From a virus, in IMG/VR virus record IMGVR_UViG_3300045988_167652: a DNA stretch of 64,000 nt. One strand, given 5' to 3'. Below the pieces are notes generated by a model that saw only the letters and a program-made list of their open reading frames with translations, did no database searches and had not been told where the DNA came from. Position 1 is the first letter of the stretch, and each line of letters starts with the position of its first letter. Of this stretch, positions 13,208-27,600 are shown piece by piece. The translations under genes were made by a program, and so were the position numbers.

Positions 13208-16200
13208 ATGGATAGAAGAACAATGAATCTTACGGATCATATCAATAAAATAACAGGTCTTGAAGGAAGAGAAGAATTAGATATAGATAAATTAATTGAC
13301 AGTCAAGATAAACAATATAAAAATAACAGTTATCTTGAAAGTCTTAAACTAACCAAAAGACCTTATCAAAATGTCCTTAATGAAAATAATTTAAGGGAAA
13401 GTACTCCTATAGAAATTGAAGGTTATGGTAATTCAGTTTATGATGAAAATATTACTTTACCTTCACAACTTAGCAATATTAATCAAGTAAGATATGATTC
13501 TTAGAATGGATTATTATAGTTAGGAGCAGGTATAACTAAAGCAGGAATAATAGGAGTAACCACATGGCTTGATGGAATGGTTGGTACTGCTGTAGGAGCT
13601 ATTTAGGCTATAGGAGATGAAGTATATTCAGATGAAGAACTTGAAAGATTAAATAAACAAGGTGAAGAATAGGGAGTTCCCGAACATTTAAGAAGAAGAA
13701 GAGCTGAAGGAATAGGTGATTTCTTTGGTAAAATATTTAATGGAAATAATCTTGTATCTTATAAACTGAATGAACTTAATAAGTGGTCTGAAGAAGCTCT
13801 TCCTGTATATAAAAGTGAAGAATATCTAAAGAATGAAGCTGAAGGAAGATGGGATAAAAATGTATTCAGTACATCTTTTATAGGAGATAATCTTATAAAA
13901 AATATGGGATTTATGGTAGGTGCAGGATTATCTGCTAAAGGAGTTTCTTCAGTAGCTTCAAAAACACTTGGACTTAATAGAGCAAGGAATGCTTTTAAAG
14001 GTGCTGTAGCTTTATTAGATAAAGGATTAGATGCTGAACAAACTTATAAAGCATTATTAAATGGTAAAGGAGTAATAAATGGTGTAAAACTTACTGATGA
14101 ATTGGCTAAACAAGCTAAAATAATTCATACAAAAGGATTACTTACAAGTACTGTTGGAAGTATAGCTGGAGCTATAGGAGAATCAAGAATTGAAGCAATA
14201 GATGGTTCAGAAGAATGGGCTAATAATGCTATACAGGAACTTGAAAACTCTAAACAAGATATGATATTTAAAGAACTTCGTAATATGCAGTAGAATAGTC
14301 CTGAATACTTTGATGAATATGGTAATATAACTGATGAAGGTAGAGAAGCTATTAATAATAGAGTATAGGAGCAGTATGATTCAGCACTTGAAAAAATACA
14401 AAAAACAAGGGCTTAGGTAGCTAATTAGATATTTATAGGTAATGCAGCATTATTATCTGTAGGAGATTTTTTACAGTGGGGTAAATTTCTTAGAGGTGGA
14501 TTTAATGTCCCTAAACAAACAAATCATATAGTAAAAAAATTAGCTAACGGTAATTACCAAATATAGAAAACAGGATTACTAAAAGGAGCTGGTAGAGTAT
14601 TGGGAAATTCTTTAGTTGAAGGTCATGAAGAAATGGCTTAGGAAGTTATTAAAAACAGCTCACAGTATTTTAATAATGGAGTACTAAAAGATTTTACTGG
14701 ACTTGATTTATCTCCAGAAGGATAGGATTCTGCCGATAATATACTTAGTGCTTATATAAAAGGAATGAATAATGTCTGGGGAAGTAAAAATAATTATCAG
14801 AATTTCTTTATAGGAGCTATCAGTTCTATGATAGGTATGCCATCAATAAGACTATCTAAAAACAAAAATATTCCTTTACCTATATTTGAAGGTAATATAT
14901 ATAATAATATTAAAGAGATAGTTTAGGAAAATAAGGATAAAAAAGAAATAGAAACATAGCTTAATAATTGGGTTAATAACTCAAAAACTAAAGAATATCG
15001 TGATGGAATGATTCGTCATATTTCGTTAGCATAGAGAATGGAAGAAGCTGCTATTCAAGATGATAAAATGGGATATGAAACTCTTAAACATGCACAAAAT
15101 GTAAGTGATGCTATTATGTTTGATAATGTAGATAGACTTGATGATTATAAAAGTAATATTCAAGCTATGTAGAATCTTACTGATGAAGATATTGAATATA
15201 TCAGACAGATTAAAACAGATAATGGAACATTATTATATGACAGTAAAACATCTGATGAATAGATAAGAGAAGGATTTAAAAGTAAATCGGAAGGTATTTT
15301 ATAGGATATAGACAGTTATGTAAAAGCTAATCAAGCATTAGAAACTTTAGCTTCTTAGTTATCAAAAAAAGAAAGAGAATTATTAGTTTATAAATAGAGT
15401 TTAATAGATAATCTTGAAAGAAGAAGAAACGAATTAATTGGCAAAGTAAATATATAGTTAGATAATATTACTAATAAAGATACAGAAGAAGCAATAGCTA
15501 TAAAGGAAAGTAATATTTATAAAAATAGAGATGTTAGTATTCCTAAAATCTTTCTATTAGGTAAATTAATAGAAAATGAAAAAACTAAACAGGCTATAGC
15601 AAAATCTTTAAATCCTTTTGAAGTATAGGATTTAATGAGAGATTATTCAGATTTTATAAAGATAGAAAATAATAGAAGAAAACTAATAGATGATCTTTTT
15701 AAATCGATTAATAATATTGATTTGGTTAAAAAAGAGGTACAAAAGGTAATAGAGAATAAAGAAGAAGAATAGGATAAAGTAGCAGCTAAAAAAGTAACTG
15801 AACAAATAAATCAAACTAATGATAAAGAAGAAAAGAAAAAAGTAATAGATGATGCTCCTATAGATATAATAGAACAGATCGATGAAGAAGATTTTGGTCC
15901 AGCTGAACAATTAGCATTAAGAAGACGAAAAAGAATAGATGAAGAAAAGAGTTTTATACCTAAAGTAAATGAAAAATTAGGTATTGAAGGATACTCTAAT
16001 GAACATTTAGTATCAGATTTTCATGTTAAAGCCATTGAAAAATTAATAGATTCTGGAGATGCTAATATAATAGCTAATAATAAAGAAGAAATAAGAGATT
16101 TTCTGTATAAAGCAGGTTACAATCCTGATCTTATTGAATAGAATTTAGATATAATATAGAAACTATTAAAGAAAATAGTAGATAAATCAGCTCTTTCTTT

Positions 16201-18643
16201 ATAGGCTAATGATATGCTTAAATAGCAGGATATAGAAAATGAAGCTAATAGACAGAAATAGGAAGAAAAAGAATTAAAATCAGAAATTGAAAAAACTGCT
16301 GAAACACTTGAAAAAGTTGAAAAACAAGAAAGAGAAAGACTACAAAAAGAAATCGATGATACAGTAAGAAGTAATCCTACTTTAGGAGAAAAAATAGATA
16401 GGGAAAATATAACTTTTGAAGAAGTGGAAGAGTTTGATTAGGTTGGTAATATTCCTAATCAAGTAGAAGAATAGAAATCACTTAATCTAAGAATAGGATT
16501 ATCAAGAAATAGTTTAGATAGAGAAGGGTATGAATCACTTAGTGAAGCATATAAAACAAGATAGATTTATGAAAACTTGGATAACTTAGATTTAAATGAT
16601 TAGGAAATATTTATTTTTACTGATGGATTTACATTAGCTAAAAATGAAGAAGGTAAATATGTTCCTGTGGAAACTCCTAATAAGATTGAAGGAGATTATT
16701 TCAGTAAAGAAACTATTAAACCTACTATATGGATAGCTACAGAAATTAATGGTAAGATATATTATTTAGGAAGTATAAATGTAAGTAGTCTTGAAAAAGT
16801 TGATCCTTATTTTAAAGGTAAAGTAAAAGAGTTATTTGATAGCTTTAATGAGGATAAAAAATATCATAGAGTTACATTTAAAAAAGATGAAGTATAGATT
16901 ACTCCTATAGTAAGATATCAAAATAATAATAAAGAAAAAGCAATTACTAAAGAAGAAATATCATCCTTAACCAAAGATAATCATCCTCCTATACTTACAG
17001 TAGTTAAAGGAGCTAAATTTGTAGGATTAAAGAAAGAACATAAAAGAACTCCTATTAAATTCAGTGATAAAACAGGTAGGGAAGGAGCAGTGTATTTATG
17101 GTTATATGATAAACATTCGGATAAATATGTTCCCATGTTAATGAGAAGAAGAAGTGTCAATGAAATACTTTCAAACAGTAAAACAGCTTTGGAAGATTTA
17201 AAAAACAGTACTTTATTTAAATCATTTAGGAATGCTTTTGACACTTCATTTAAGAAATTCTTAACTGATTCAGCTACTAAAAGAGATAATAAATTATATA
17301 TAGATAACTTTAAAGCATTGATGGATAAATTAAATCAAATCTTTGTTTTAAAAAGTGATGATCCATCAAGAAGAATTAGAATTTCTTATTCTAATGAGCC
17401 TAATGTTCCTAATACAGGATATTTAGTTATTACTAATGATACTAAAGGACAAGATAAATTCTTAGTTCCTACTATGTCTTTTACAGTAGATAAAGATGGT
17501 AATATAGCTAATTATGAAGAATTAGTAGATAATATATTAAAAGCTATACTTACTATTAATCCTTTAATACAGGTATCTAATAATGAAGTACTACTTAATA
17601 ATAACAATGAATCTTATTTAAATAGGTTAGTAGAAACAAACGTATTGACTACTAATCTTGAAAATGGGTTACAGGTAGAAGAAATTTATTTATCTTTGCA
17701 AGACAAACAAAAAAAAGAAAAAAGGAAAGAACAAATTAAAAAAGAGAATGAAAAGATAGATAACCTTTATGGTAAAACAAATACCGAATCTACTATTAAT
17801 GAATCTCAAGAATCATAGAAAATCAAAGACTTTTTAAATAGTGATAAATATGAAGGAGATTATGATATATTTCATGAAACATCCTTTTTAATATCTATGA
17901 TGAAGCCTGTAATGTTAGAATTAGGTAAACCGTTTACAGTTGAAAATATAGAATTACAGGATAAAGGTAAATGGGGAGTATATAATTTAACCTTAGATAC
18001 TAAAGGATAGTTAAACATAGAATATATAAAACCTTTAGATGAATCTATAAGTGGAACATTAACTACCGAAACAACTTAGAACTTATCCCCCCAACCCCAA
18101 CAACAAACAAATACATCTATCAAAGAAAGTAAAGAAAGTACTGTAGAAAATAAATCGAATAATAAACTTATAGAAAAAACAGATGAAGAATTATCTTAGG
18201 AGTTTGAAGATTTATTTGGTGAAGAATCATTAATACCTATAGTTTCAACTGCTTTAGTAGAATAGAAAACCAAAGAAAAAAGTGGTAATAATGAAGATAA
18301 GAAAGGTGGGAATTAGGGGGTAGGTTCTTAGCATAAAGAAAACCACATAACTAATGTATCAGAAAAGATGAGTGAAATTAAATTCAATTCTATAAATAAA
18401 AATAAAGTTGTTATATCTACTAAATATTTTGATATTGAAAATAATAATGGAAATACAAGTATTACATTAAAAGAAGATATTAATCCTACAGATAAAACTA
18501 AAGATATAATAGGTTCAATATTAAAAGAAATATCTTAGACAGATATGTAGAAATTATCAAGTAATAGTATAAATAAAGAAAAAATAAATATAGAATAGAA
18601 ATTAAATGCACTTATTCAAGATATTGAAAATTATAAATGTTAA
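13208..18643 (+). CDS. Giant virion internal (cargo/ejection-like) protein (1,811 codons), TAG as sense
   Basis: ATG 13208 in frame 2. Track ORFs 13208, 13904, 16667 and 17090 are all in frame 2. I read the intervening sequence and found only TAG interruptions. It ends at TAA 18641-18643. The protein has long coiled-coil-like Glu/Lys-rich stretches and a Gly-rich hydrophobic segment. Confidence 0.65.
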
Positions 18644-18664
18644 TTATAAATTAAATATTATATT

Positions 18665-21600
18665 ATGGCACAATGTATAACCATAACTGATGAAGATTAT
18701 AATAAAATAGCTTCAATCTTTAGTAAATACAATTTGAACATATCTAAACTTACTGCTTAGAAGTTAGTAAGTATGATTATGACAGAAAAGAAAGAACTTT
18801 TTAATGGTAGTAATTTACCTTCAGAAAGAGAGTTACTTAACTTCTATTATAATCATAATGCTTTTCAAAAAGAAGTAATCCCTATTAAAGGCTACATAAA
18901 ACTAAATGAGCAGAAAGAAATAATGTAGCTGAGAGATACTAATACTTATGAAGCTATCAAGTATTTAGCTACTAAAGATTCTATGTATAAACCTTTATTT
19001 GAATTACTTTCAAAAGAATCTTTTAAAGATTATTTTTCAGCTATTGATTTTAATATTATATCTCCTGAAAGATATTCGGGATTTTATAATAATCCAAGAC
19101 ATAGAGGATTTGGATATGGTAGATATGAAGCAGTTTCATCTTATTCAAAAGGAGGTAACGGAATAATTACTATTAATGGTAATTATAGTTATTCATCTAT
19201 GGAAGGAATATATCATACTTTAGCTGAAGAAATTATACATGCAGCTACTGTAAATGCCCTTAATTGGGAAGAAAACGGTGAGATTAAAAAGGGATTTGAA
19301 TAGATTATTAAAGTATATAACAATTATTCAAAAGATAAATTCTTTAAGAGATTTGAAGGGGATAATTATGTAGAAGAATTTATAGCAGCCGTATTTCATC
19401 ATCCTGAAATTGCACAAAGATTAAATGAAATAAGAGATGAAAAGAGTAAAACATTTTGGGAAAAAATTAAAGATTATTTTAATAGAATCTTTAATAGTAT
19501 CTTTAAAAGAATGTCTGGAGAAAAAGTAAAAGATGATTCTTTACTTGCAAGATTTGGTTCAGGATTATAGTTTTTATTTGATAATATAGAAAATAAAGGT
19601 ATAGTAAAATTAACAGGTAAAACATATAATAAAAAGAAAGATGCTGCTGAAAATGCTATCGAAAGAATTAAAGAAGTTCTTTTGGAATATGGTATTAAGA
19701 ATAATCAAAATCAAAATAAAGCTATTATAAAAGAAGGGGATACTTATACTGCTAATGCTCATATTATATATGAAGAATTTATTAACAGTACATTCAATAA
19801 AACTGAAAAAGGTATTTATCCTTTATCATTCTTCTTAGGTAATCTGTCAAGAAAACAAATATTTAAAAATGTATTTGACTATGTGAATTTCCTTATAGGT
19901 AAAGAAGATGCTCTTTAGGATATATCCGAAGAACTTTCTTATGAAGAAAGATAGAATATGGCTACTGTATAGTCATTAATTTCTTCAGGAAGACTTTAGG
20001 GAGATACTCAAGATTTACTTTAGGCTTACAAATTTATTAATAGTATAAATAATTTAGATAGTATTTATACTCCTAAACAACAAAGACAAATCAGTAAGTC
20101 TATCTTTAGTATGTTTGAAAAGAAAGTTCAAGCTATTTTAGAAAGTGAGTTGGAAGAATATCAAAATAAAATAGATAATGCTGAAAAAGAAAAAGATAAA
20201 AAAAGATTTCAAAGAATCTATAATAAGTTATCTCCTGCAAATATAATTTAGTATAGAGGAGTAGACCCAATTCTTCAAAGTATTAAGAATGATTTAATAT
20301 CTGCATACAGTAAGAAAATGTATCTTATTGATTCTATAGGATCATATACTACAGATAAACAAGAAAGAGTAAGATTATACAAAGAAGCTATTTCCAAAGA
20401 AAATATTCAAGATACAGATATACCTGAATTTCTTAAAAGAATTATTCTTTACAACAAAGAAAACTATGAAAATATTATTAATAGCTTTGAAACATTAAAG
20501 TTATATACTTATCAAAATATTAAATACATCTATGGTGGAAATCTTAGAATAACTAATAATCCTATTAATGAATTGGATGAACAGGGTAAAGAAGATATTG
20601 ATAAAGAAACACAGACTAATGAATCTTTTAGAGTAAATTTTTTAACTGTTTCAGCTTATGATAATCTTACGGAAAAAGTAAGAAAACTATTATTTACTAT
20701 TCCTGAATATCGTTTTAATGGTATTACTTATGAACCTATGATTGATATGTTAGGTTATCCTTCACATATTAATTCAAGTATGGCTTATAAAGTAATTATT
20801 GATACAGTATATGATTCATATGATATGAATGATATGATGTTTAAACTTGAACAGTTATCAAATAGAAAAGACGGTAATTATTATTGGGTAAAATATATCA
20901 TTGATAAGTTAAATAATGATTAGGATTCATAGAAACAGTTCTATAAAAACTTTAGAAAAACATTATAGAATTATGTAGTTCAGACAGTAAAGAATGGAGT
21001 ATTAATAAGTCAATCTGCTAATAAATCTATCGGTGGTAAATTCAAGGCTTTAGATATACAAAATAATATAGTTACAGGATAGCAATTTGCTGGTGAAGAT
21101 ACTGTATATAATAGTGAAGGTATTATAGAAGTAGAAAAACTTGATAATATTTACTTAAAAGTAAATGAATTATTAAGTGATTACATACAATAGGGAGAAT
21201 CTGTAGAAGCATTATGGGAATTTTTAAATAATGAAGAGAATAGAAACAAACTTGAATTATGTTTTAAAGCTGTAGGAGTTTTAATAGATGTAGATCAGTT
21301 AACTTATAATCTACAACAACAATCTGATCCTTCAAAAGTATTTAGTGAAATACTTGAAAGACTTAGTCATATTACTAATAGTTCTTCCTATTATAATAAG
21401 AATAAAGATACTTTTGAACTAAATAAATTATGGGAAAATAATGTTGGGGCTTATACAAGAATAGCTCATTTAGTTATTGATTAGGAAGCTACATCATTTG
21501 ATCCTTCAGTAAGACAACAAAATAAAACTTACTATGGATATACTGAATCTTCTTATTTTGATTCAGTAATAAGAAATTTGAAGAATCTCTATAGAAACAC

Positions 21601-24600
21601 TGTTGAAAATAATAAAGGTATAAACTATCATCAAAGAGCGTTAGATTATATAAGTAAACATTTCCTGAATGTTCCTTTCTTTAGTATATAGAAAAATAAA
21701 AAACAATTCATTTTATCAAGATGGATTAGAGAACTAACTGAAAACAATGAAGAAGGCCAAGATTTAAGAGATAATTTAAAAATCAATACCATTATTTCAC
21801 ATAATAGGAAAGATTTTAGTGATCTGGATGATGTGGAAAGAGTATTATTATAGCTTGCTGAATATTTTAATAGTGGAAATAAAGATGAAGCTAAATATGC
21901 TAATTTTGTATTACCTGCATTAGGTGATGCCTCATAGCCAAGAAGTATTACATTTAAAAGAATAAATGATATTTAGCAGGGAGATAGATTAGTAACTACT
22001 AAAGAACAAGTAATTCAAGAATTAATTAATACGGTAATACAAGAAATTAATCGTATTAATCAGACTAATCAAATTGAAGGATTGGATATAGCATACTATA
22101 AAAATAATGCCGCTAAATTTGTATTTTTCCCACAGCTTAATAAAACCATAAAAGAAATATTATCAAAAGAAGAAATTGAATCTTTAGGACTTACTAAACA
22201 TCAAGATAAAACTGTACTTGAATTAAAAACTAAAGAGAAATCAACATTCTTAATTCAATTCTTTGATAATTACTTAACCAAAGGATATGAAAAATGGGAT
22301 AATACATAGAAAGAAAGAGGATTATATGATAGTCCTAAATTTCAAGCTATCAAACCTACTTTAGGAAACCTTGAAAATTTCTATTATAATTATGTATTTG
22401 CTTAGACATAGTTACCATAGTTACTGATAACTGATTTAGCATTTGTAAAAGACCCTATTGATTATCAAAAGAGATTAAAAGCTACTATTAATGGTACAAG
22501 TAGTTCAAATACTTCTCCTTATTTTTCCGATGAAGTAAACGAAGTAAAGAAAGATAATGAAATGGCTGTAATTACTCTTAGTGATGTTAAAGTAGATACT
22601 AATACTTTTCTTAATTCTACAGGAGTAATTAAAGCATTAAAGAGAAATCCTAAACTATCGGACATAGATATTAGAAATATATTAAGTAAATTTAAGGGTA
22701 TTACAGCTACTGATGGACAGTCTTTTGTTACTCTTGATTTTATTAAAAAGATAATGCAGTCTGATGGTGAATGGACTGATATGATGTAGCAAAGTTATGA
22801 TAATCTTGTATCAGGAAACTGGGATATGAATGACTTTGATTAGTTCTATCAGGCAAGAAAAGCTATGTATAATGGAACTAATGTTCATGAGTTTACTTTA
22901 AAAGATGGAACTAAAACTACTATTAGAGTTCCTTCTTATCATAAATATTCGGAATATGTTTTACTTGCAATGTATGGAGCATTTTCATAGACAGTACTTG
23001 GTGAAAACAGTTCTATGGCTGCTATTAATAAATTTATGGTTAAGAATAACATAGACTTGTGTATGTTTGAAAGTGCCGGTAAAACAGGTAATCAAAAAGT
23101 AGTGGATATTAGTGGGTTTGAAGAATTGTCAGAAGATGAAAAAGAAACATTCCTTAATGATAAAATCCTTAAAACTAATAAAATTAAATTAGTTAGTATG
23201 GATAATTATGGTATGTAGTAGTCAAATCCTGAACATTTATATGATAACCATAGAGAACTTAGTACATAGTTAAAAAGAGCTATTATAAGCAATATTCCTG
23301 AAGATGCGGAATTTACTTTACAGAATGGTCAAAAACTAAATAAACAACAGTTTGTAGAATTATATTATGCTACTTTATTATCGGAAAAAATAGATAATTA
23401 CACAGCTAATTATGATAAACTGACTGATATGAATGCTATGTCTAAAGAATTAATATCTTAGGCACTTAGTGATAAAGAATCTTCTATTGACGATATTAAA
23501 AAACTGACTTATAATCCTTCTACAGGAAATTTTGCTATTCCTGTAGGTGAACCTCTAAGTGGTTCAAAGTTTATGTCTAAGTATTGTTCGTTAGTAAGAA
23601 ATAAAGTTATTCCTAACAGTACTGAAGGAGGTTCAATTGTTTAGGTAAGTAATTTTGGATTTATAAAAGATAAAAACTTACAGGTAAAATATAAAGAAGG
23701 ACAAGACAAATCCATTGAAAATATAGAATATATAGGATGTTATATGCCTATGTATACTAAGAAATTATTTGAAAAATATATGGATGATGAAGGTAATGTA
23801 GATATAAATAAAATGCCTGATAATGTAAAAAAATTAGTAGGTTATCGTTTACCTTTTGAAGATTTTTATTCCTTACTTCCCCTTAAAATAATTGAATTTT
23901 TACCTGAATCTTCAGGTTCTTCAATTATAATGCCTGCCGAATTACTTGCATTAACAGGTTCTGACTTTGATATTGATAAATTATATTTAGTAGTACCTTA
24001 GTTAAATAATGAAGGAGATAGAGAAGAATATGAGATAAATATGAATGATTTACAAGGTAGTATTCTTACTATGACTAAAGGATAGAGAAATAACCTTTTA
24101 CTTGATTTAATCTATTCAAGAGCCACTCATCCTACTTCATTAGAAAGAATGCTTAATGGAGGTGAATTTGAAGATTTAAAAACTGCTTCATTACTTACTT
24201 AGATTCGTAAAATTCCTAATATAGATAATATATTAATGAAAAAATGGAATATAAGTAAGATATCTCATTTATATAGAAAATTATATTCTTTAGAACAGGA
24301 CGAATTAAAAAGTATATTAAATGAATATAAAGAACCTGTTGATTGGTTTGATCCTGAAACATTCATTTATTTTAATAACTTAAATCATGCAGCTGCTGTG
24401 GCTATTGCTACTTTTGCTAATGCTAAAAGTAATGCTCACTTGCTTCCTGAATTTATTCCTCATGAACCTTTAAGCATTAATATGGGTAAAGAAAAGATAG
24501 ATAAAGTACTATCAGAATCAAAAAACCCAAAAATGATTATTAAAACTAATGATGGAGAAGTACCTTATTGGTTTACTATTACTGAAACAGTGGATAAAAA

Positions 24601-27600
24601 CGGTAAAGTAGATTCAAAAACTCATATATTCAATGAGATTAATGTACCAGAATCTTTAGACATATCCAAATATAAAAATACAGTTCATGCACTTGCAGAA
24701 TTAATTTCAGCTGCTGTAGATGCTGTAAAAGACCCTGTATTGTCATTCTTAAATCTTACTAAAGAACTAAATATAATAGCTCCCATGCTTATTAGATTAG
24801 GTATGTCTGATAAAATGATGGGATTATTTATGACTTAGCCTGTTATTGAATATATCATTAAAAAAGCGTCCTCGAATAATAGATTAAGTATGAATCAAAT
24901 CATATAGAATGTATTATATGATTTAGATTCAAAGATAGCTCAAATTGAAAGTTAGAATCCATAGAATGATAATAGAAATGTATTTATGGATACTGAAAGT
25001 ATGATTGGACATACAGGTAAAACTAAAGAATTAGAATAGTTATTAGAGAATAATAATGAATAGGAAAATAATATATACCAAGAAGATAATTTAATAAATT
25101 CTTCGGATAATTTGTTCTTCTTAAAGAAATAGTTGAATGTATTATATGTATTTAAAAATATATATGCTAAAGCCAAAACATTAAATGAATATGCTGTAAC
25201 ACATAAACCCGATTCAAAAAGCTCTATGGCTAGAGGTTCTTTATTTGATAATATAGCTAAAAAAGTAAGAAAAGAAAACTTAGTAAAAGAGTTAGGTAAA
25301 CACTTTGCTAATATACCTATATTACAAGATACATTTAATAAAGATATAATTACACCACCCTCAAAAATTGCAGGTGATAATTATGGTAAATAGATGAAAA
25401 AGTATAAAGAATAGATGCTTAAATACTTTATGAATCAAGATTTACCACTTGTACAAATGGATTATACTTTAGGTATTCTTGCGCCTATTTACTTTAATAT
25501 AAATAGATTTCCACAGCTTAGAAAGCAATTTTCTTATATAGTAGATGAAATTAGTAAACAATCTAAAAATAATCTTCTTTCAAGACAGTATGCTGAACAG
25601 GTTTATAAAATGTATTATACATATTTACTTAGTGAACCTACTAATGGATTACTTGGAGGAAAAGAAATTAAACCTGCATTCTTAGATAAAACTTTAAATA
25701 CTTATGAAGATAAAAGACAGTATTATTTAAATGGATTTGTAAAGAATCTACAAGAATATAAAAGAGCTAAAATAAATAAACTTCCAGCTGATAGAAGAAA
25801 TGCAAGAAATTCATCTTTTATTAAATTATTAGCTCCTTATAATAAAGGTATAATATTAAAAGGATAGGGTACTGCAAGAGTAGATAAAAGAGATATGCTT
25901 AATGCTGATTGGGCAAATCTTATGAAAAGTGATGTTGAATTTGAAAGAAATTTAGCAAGGGATATATTTATCTATGAATTATTTAAGAATGGAGCTGGTT
26001 ATACTCCTAATGGTATATTACAATATGCTCCTATGGAAGTTATCAGTAGTATAGAAGGATATACTGATATAGCTTTAGATAATTCCATACTCGATAACAT
26101 AGAAAATGATGATACTTACGAAGAGTTCTTAAATATATATGTAAGAAATAATTTAAGGACATTTGCTTAGGTTATTCCTGAACATGAAAATCATTATTTT
26201 AAAGATGCAAACGGATATAAACCTACCTTAAACACTGAAAATTTATCCACTACTTTTTATAATAGTGAATATAAAACCAAATATATTTAGATAGGTTAGG
26301 GAAATAATGCCGTATTCTATAAACTAAATTATGATATTGATCCTTTTACAGTAGATATTATAGATAGAGGGTATGAAAAGATCACTCCTTTAAATATGTA
26401 GTATCAATATGGTAATCCTAATGCAGTAGCTATTGATAATACATTAAAACAAGCTGGATAGAGTTCTTTAAGTACTATGAATGAAGAAGAATTATCTATG
26501 CTTGCAGGTATGAATGATCCTTTTGAAGATGCTGATATGATGGAATAGATGGCTGCTATGCAGGCTATGGAAGATAAATTATTTAGAGAATAGAATAATA
26601 AACAGTAGGAAAATACAGAAGATACTAATATTAAAGAAGTAGAAGAAGTATCTAAATAGATAGATAATATCTTAGGTAATACTACTAAAGTAGTATCTAC
26701 ATTAGAAGAAATTGAAAAATTAAAAGAAATAAAAACAAAGAAAGTAACTTTAGAGATACAACCATTTATACAGGATGGTAAGGTATTCTTTAAAATTATT
26801 CCTGTACAAAGAGGTATATAGAACTCTGTATATTTTAATGTAAGATTAGGAGAACTTCAAAATGGTATTAGAGCAGCTGATAAATTAATGGAATTTGCTT
26901 CTCAGAATGATATTTCTGTAGAACAACAATTACAAAAGGATTTAAATGCTAATGGTACTGTTACCTTTATTAATGATACTTCAAGTAAGATAAAAGCTAT
27001 TGTTTAGATAGCTAAAGAAAGTAATCTCGAACAGTTTATTAATAGGTTAAGCGAAGAATTATCTCATGCTGCTATAGCCTTTTCAAGTAATGAAGCCTAT
27101 ATTAATGAAATTATTTCACCTCTTCAAAATGATATTGAAATGGTTAAAGAAATATTAGGAGATGAATATGATAATTATTATTAGATTTATAATGGTAATG
27201 AAAGATATTTAGCTCTTGAAGCATTAGGAAAAATAGTGGGTGAAGCTACAGGAGGATTAATATCTCAAGGAACAAATATCAAAGGAAGTGTAATAGGTAG
27301 AATAATGTCTATTATAAAAGATAAATTCAGAGGATTAAATGAAGAACAATTAGTTATTATTTCTTAGATATTTAAGGATGATTCTCCTATTGTAAGAGAT
27401 ATGATTAATAATTTATTAGGAGAAATTAATGGTACACTTGCTTCAGAAGTTATGAAAGATATTCCTATGTAGATGTATTAGCTTAATTAGAAAATAAGTC
27501 TACAAGAATAGAAACATAATATAGCTTTAAAAGCTATTAATGATTTAATTGATGCCGAAATAAAACGAATTAATATTATTAAAGTTACAAAATCAAGTGA

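Noticed and set aside
19220-19246. A possible zincin HExxH protease motif in the giant ORF: LAEEIIHAA here and a similar LSEELSHAA at 27047-27073.
   Set aside because: The sequence is EExxH, not HExxH, because no His precedes the Glu pair. I cannot support a metalloprotease call. The two sites may mark a duplicated helical domain, but that needs a profile search.
1846-25176. Minus-strand track ORFs inside the late block (1846..2031, 15683..15910, 16981..17244, 24952..25176).
   Set aside because: These are antisense shadows of long + strand genes. Their translations are Phe/Leu/Ile/Tyr-rich low complexity, as expected opposite Lys/Glu/Asn-rich coding sequence.
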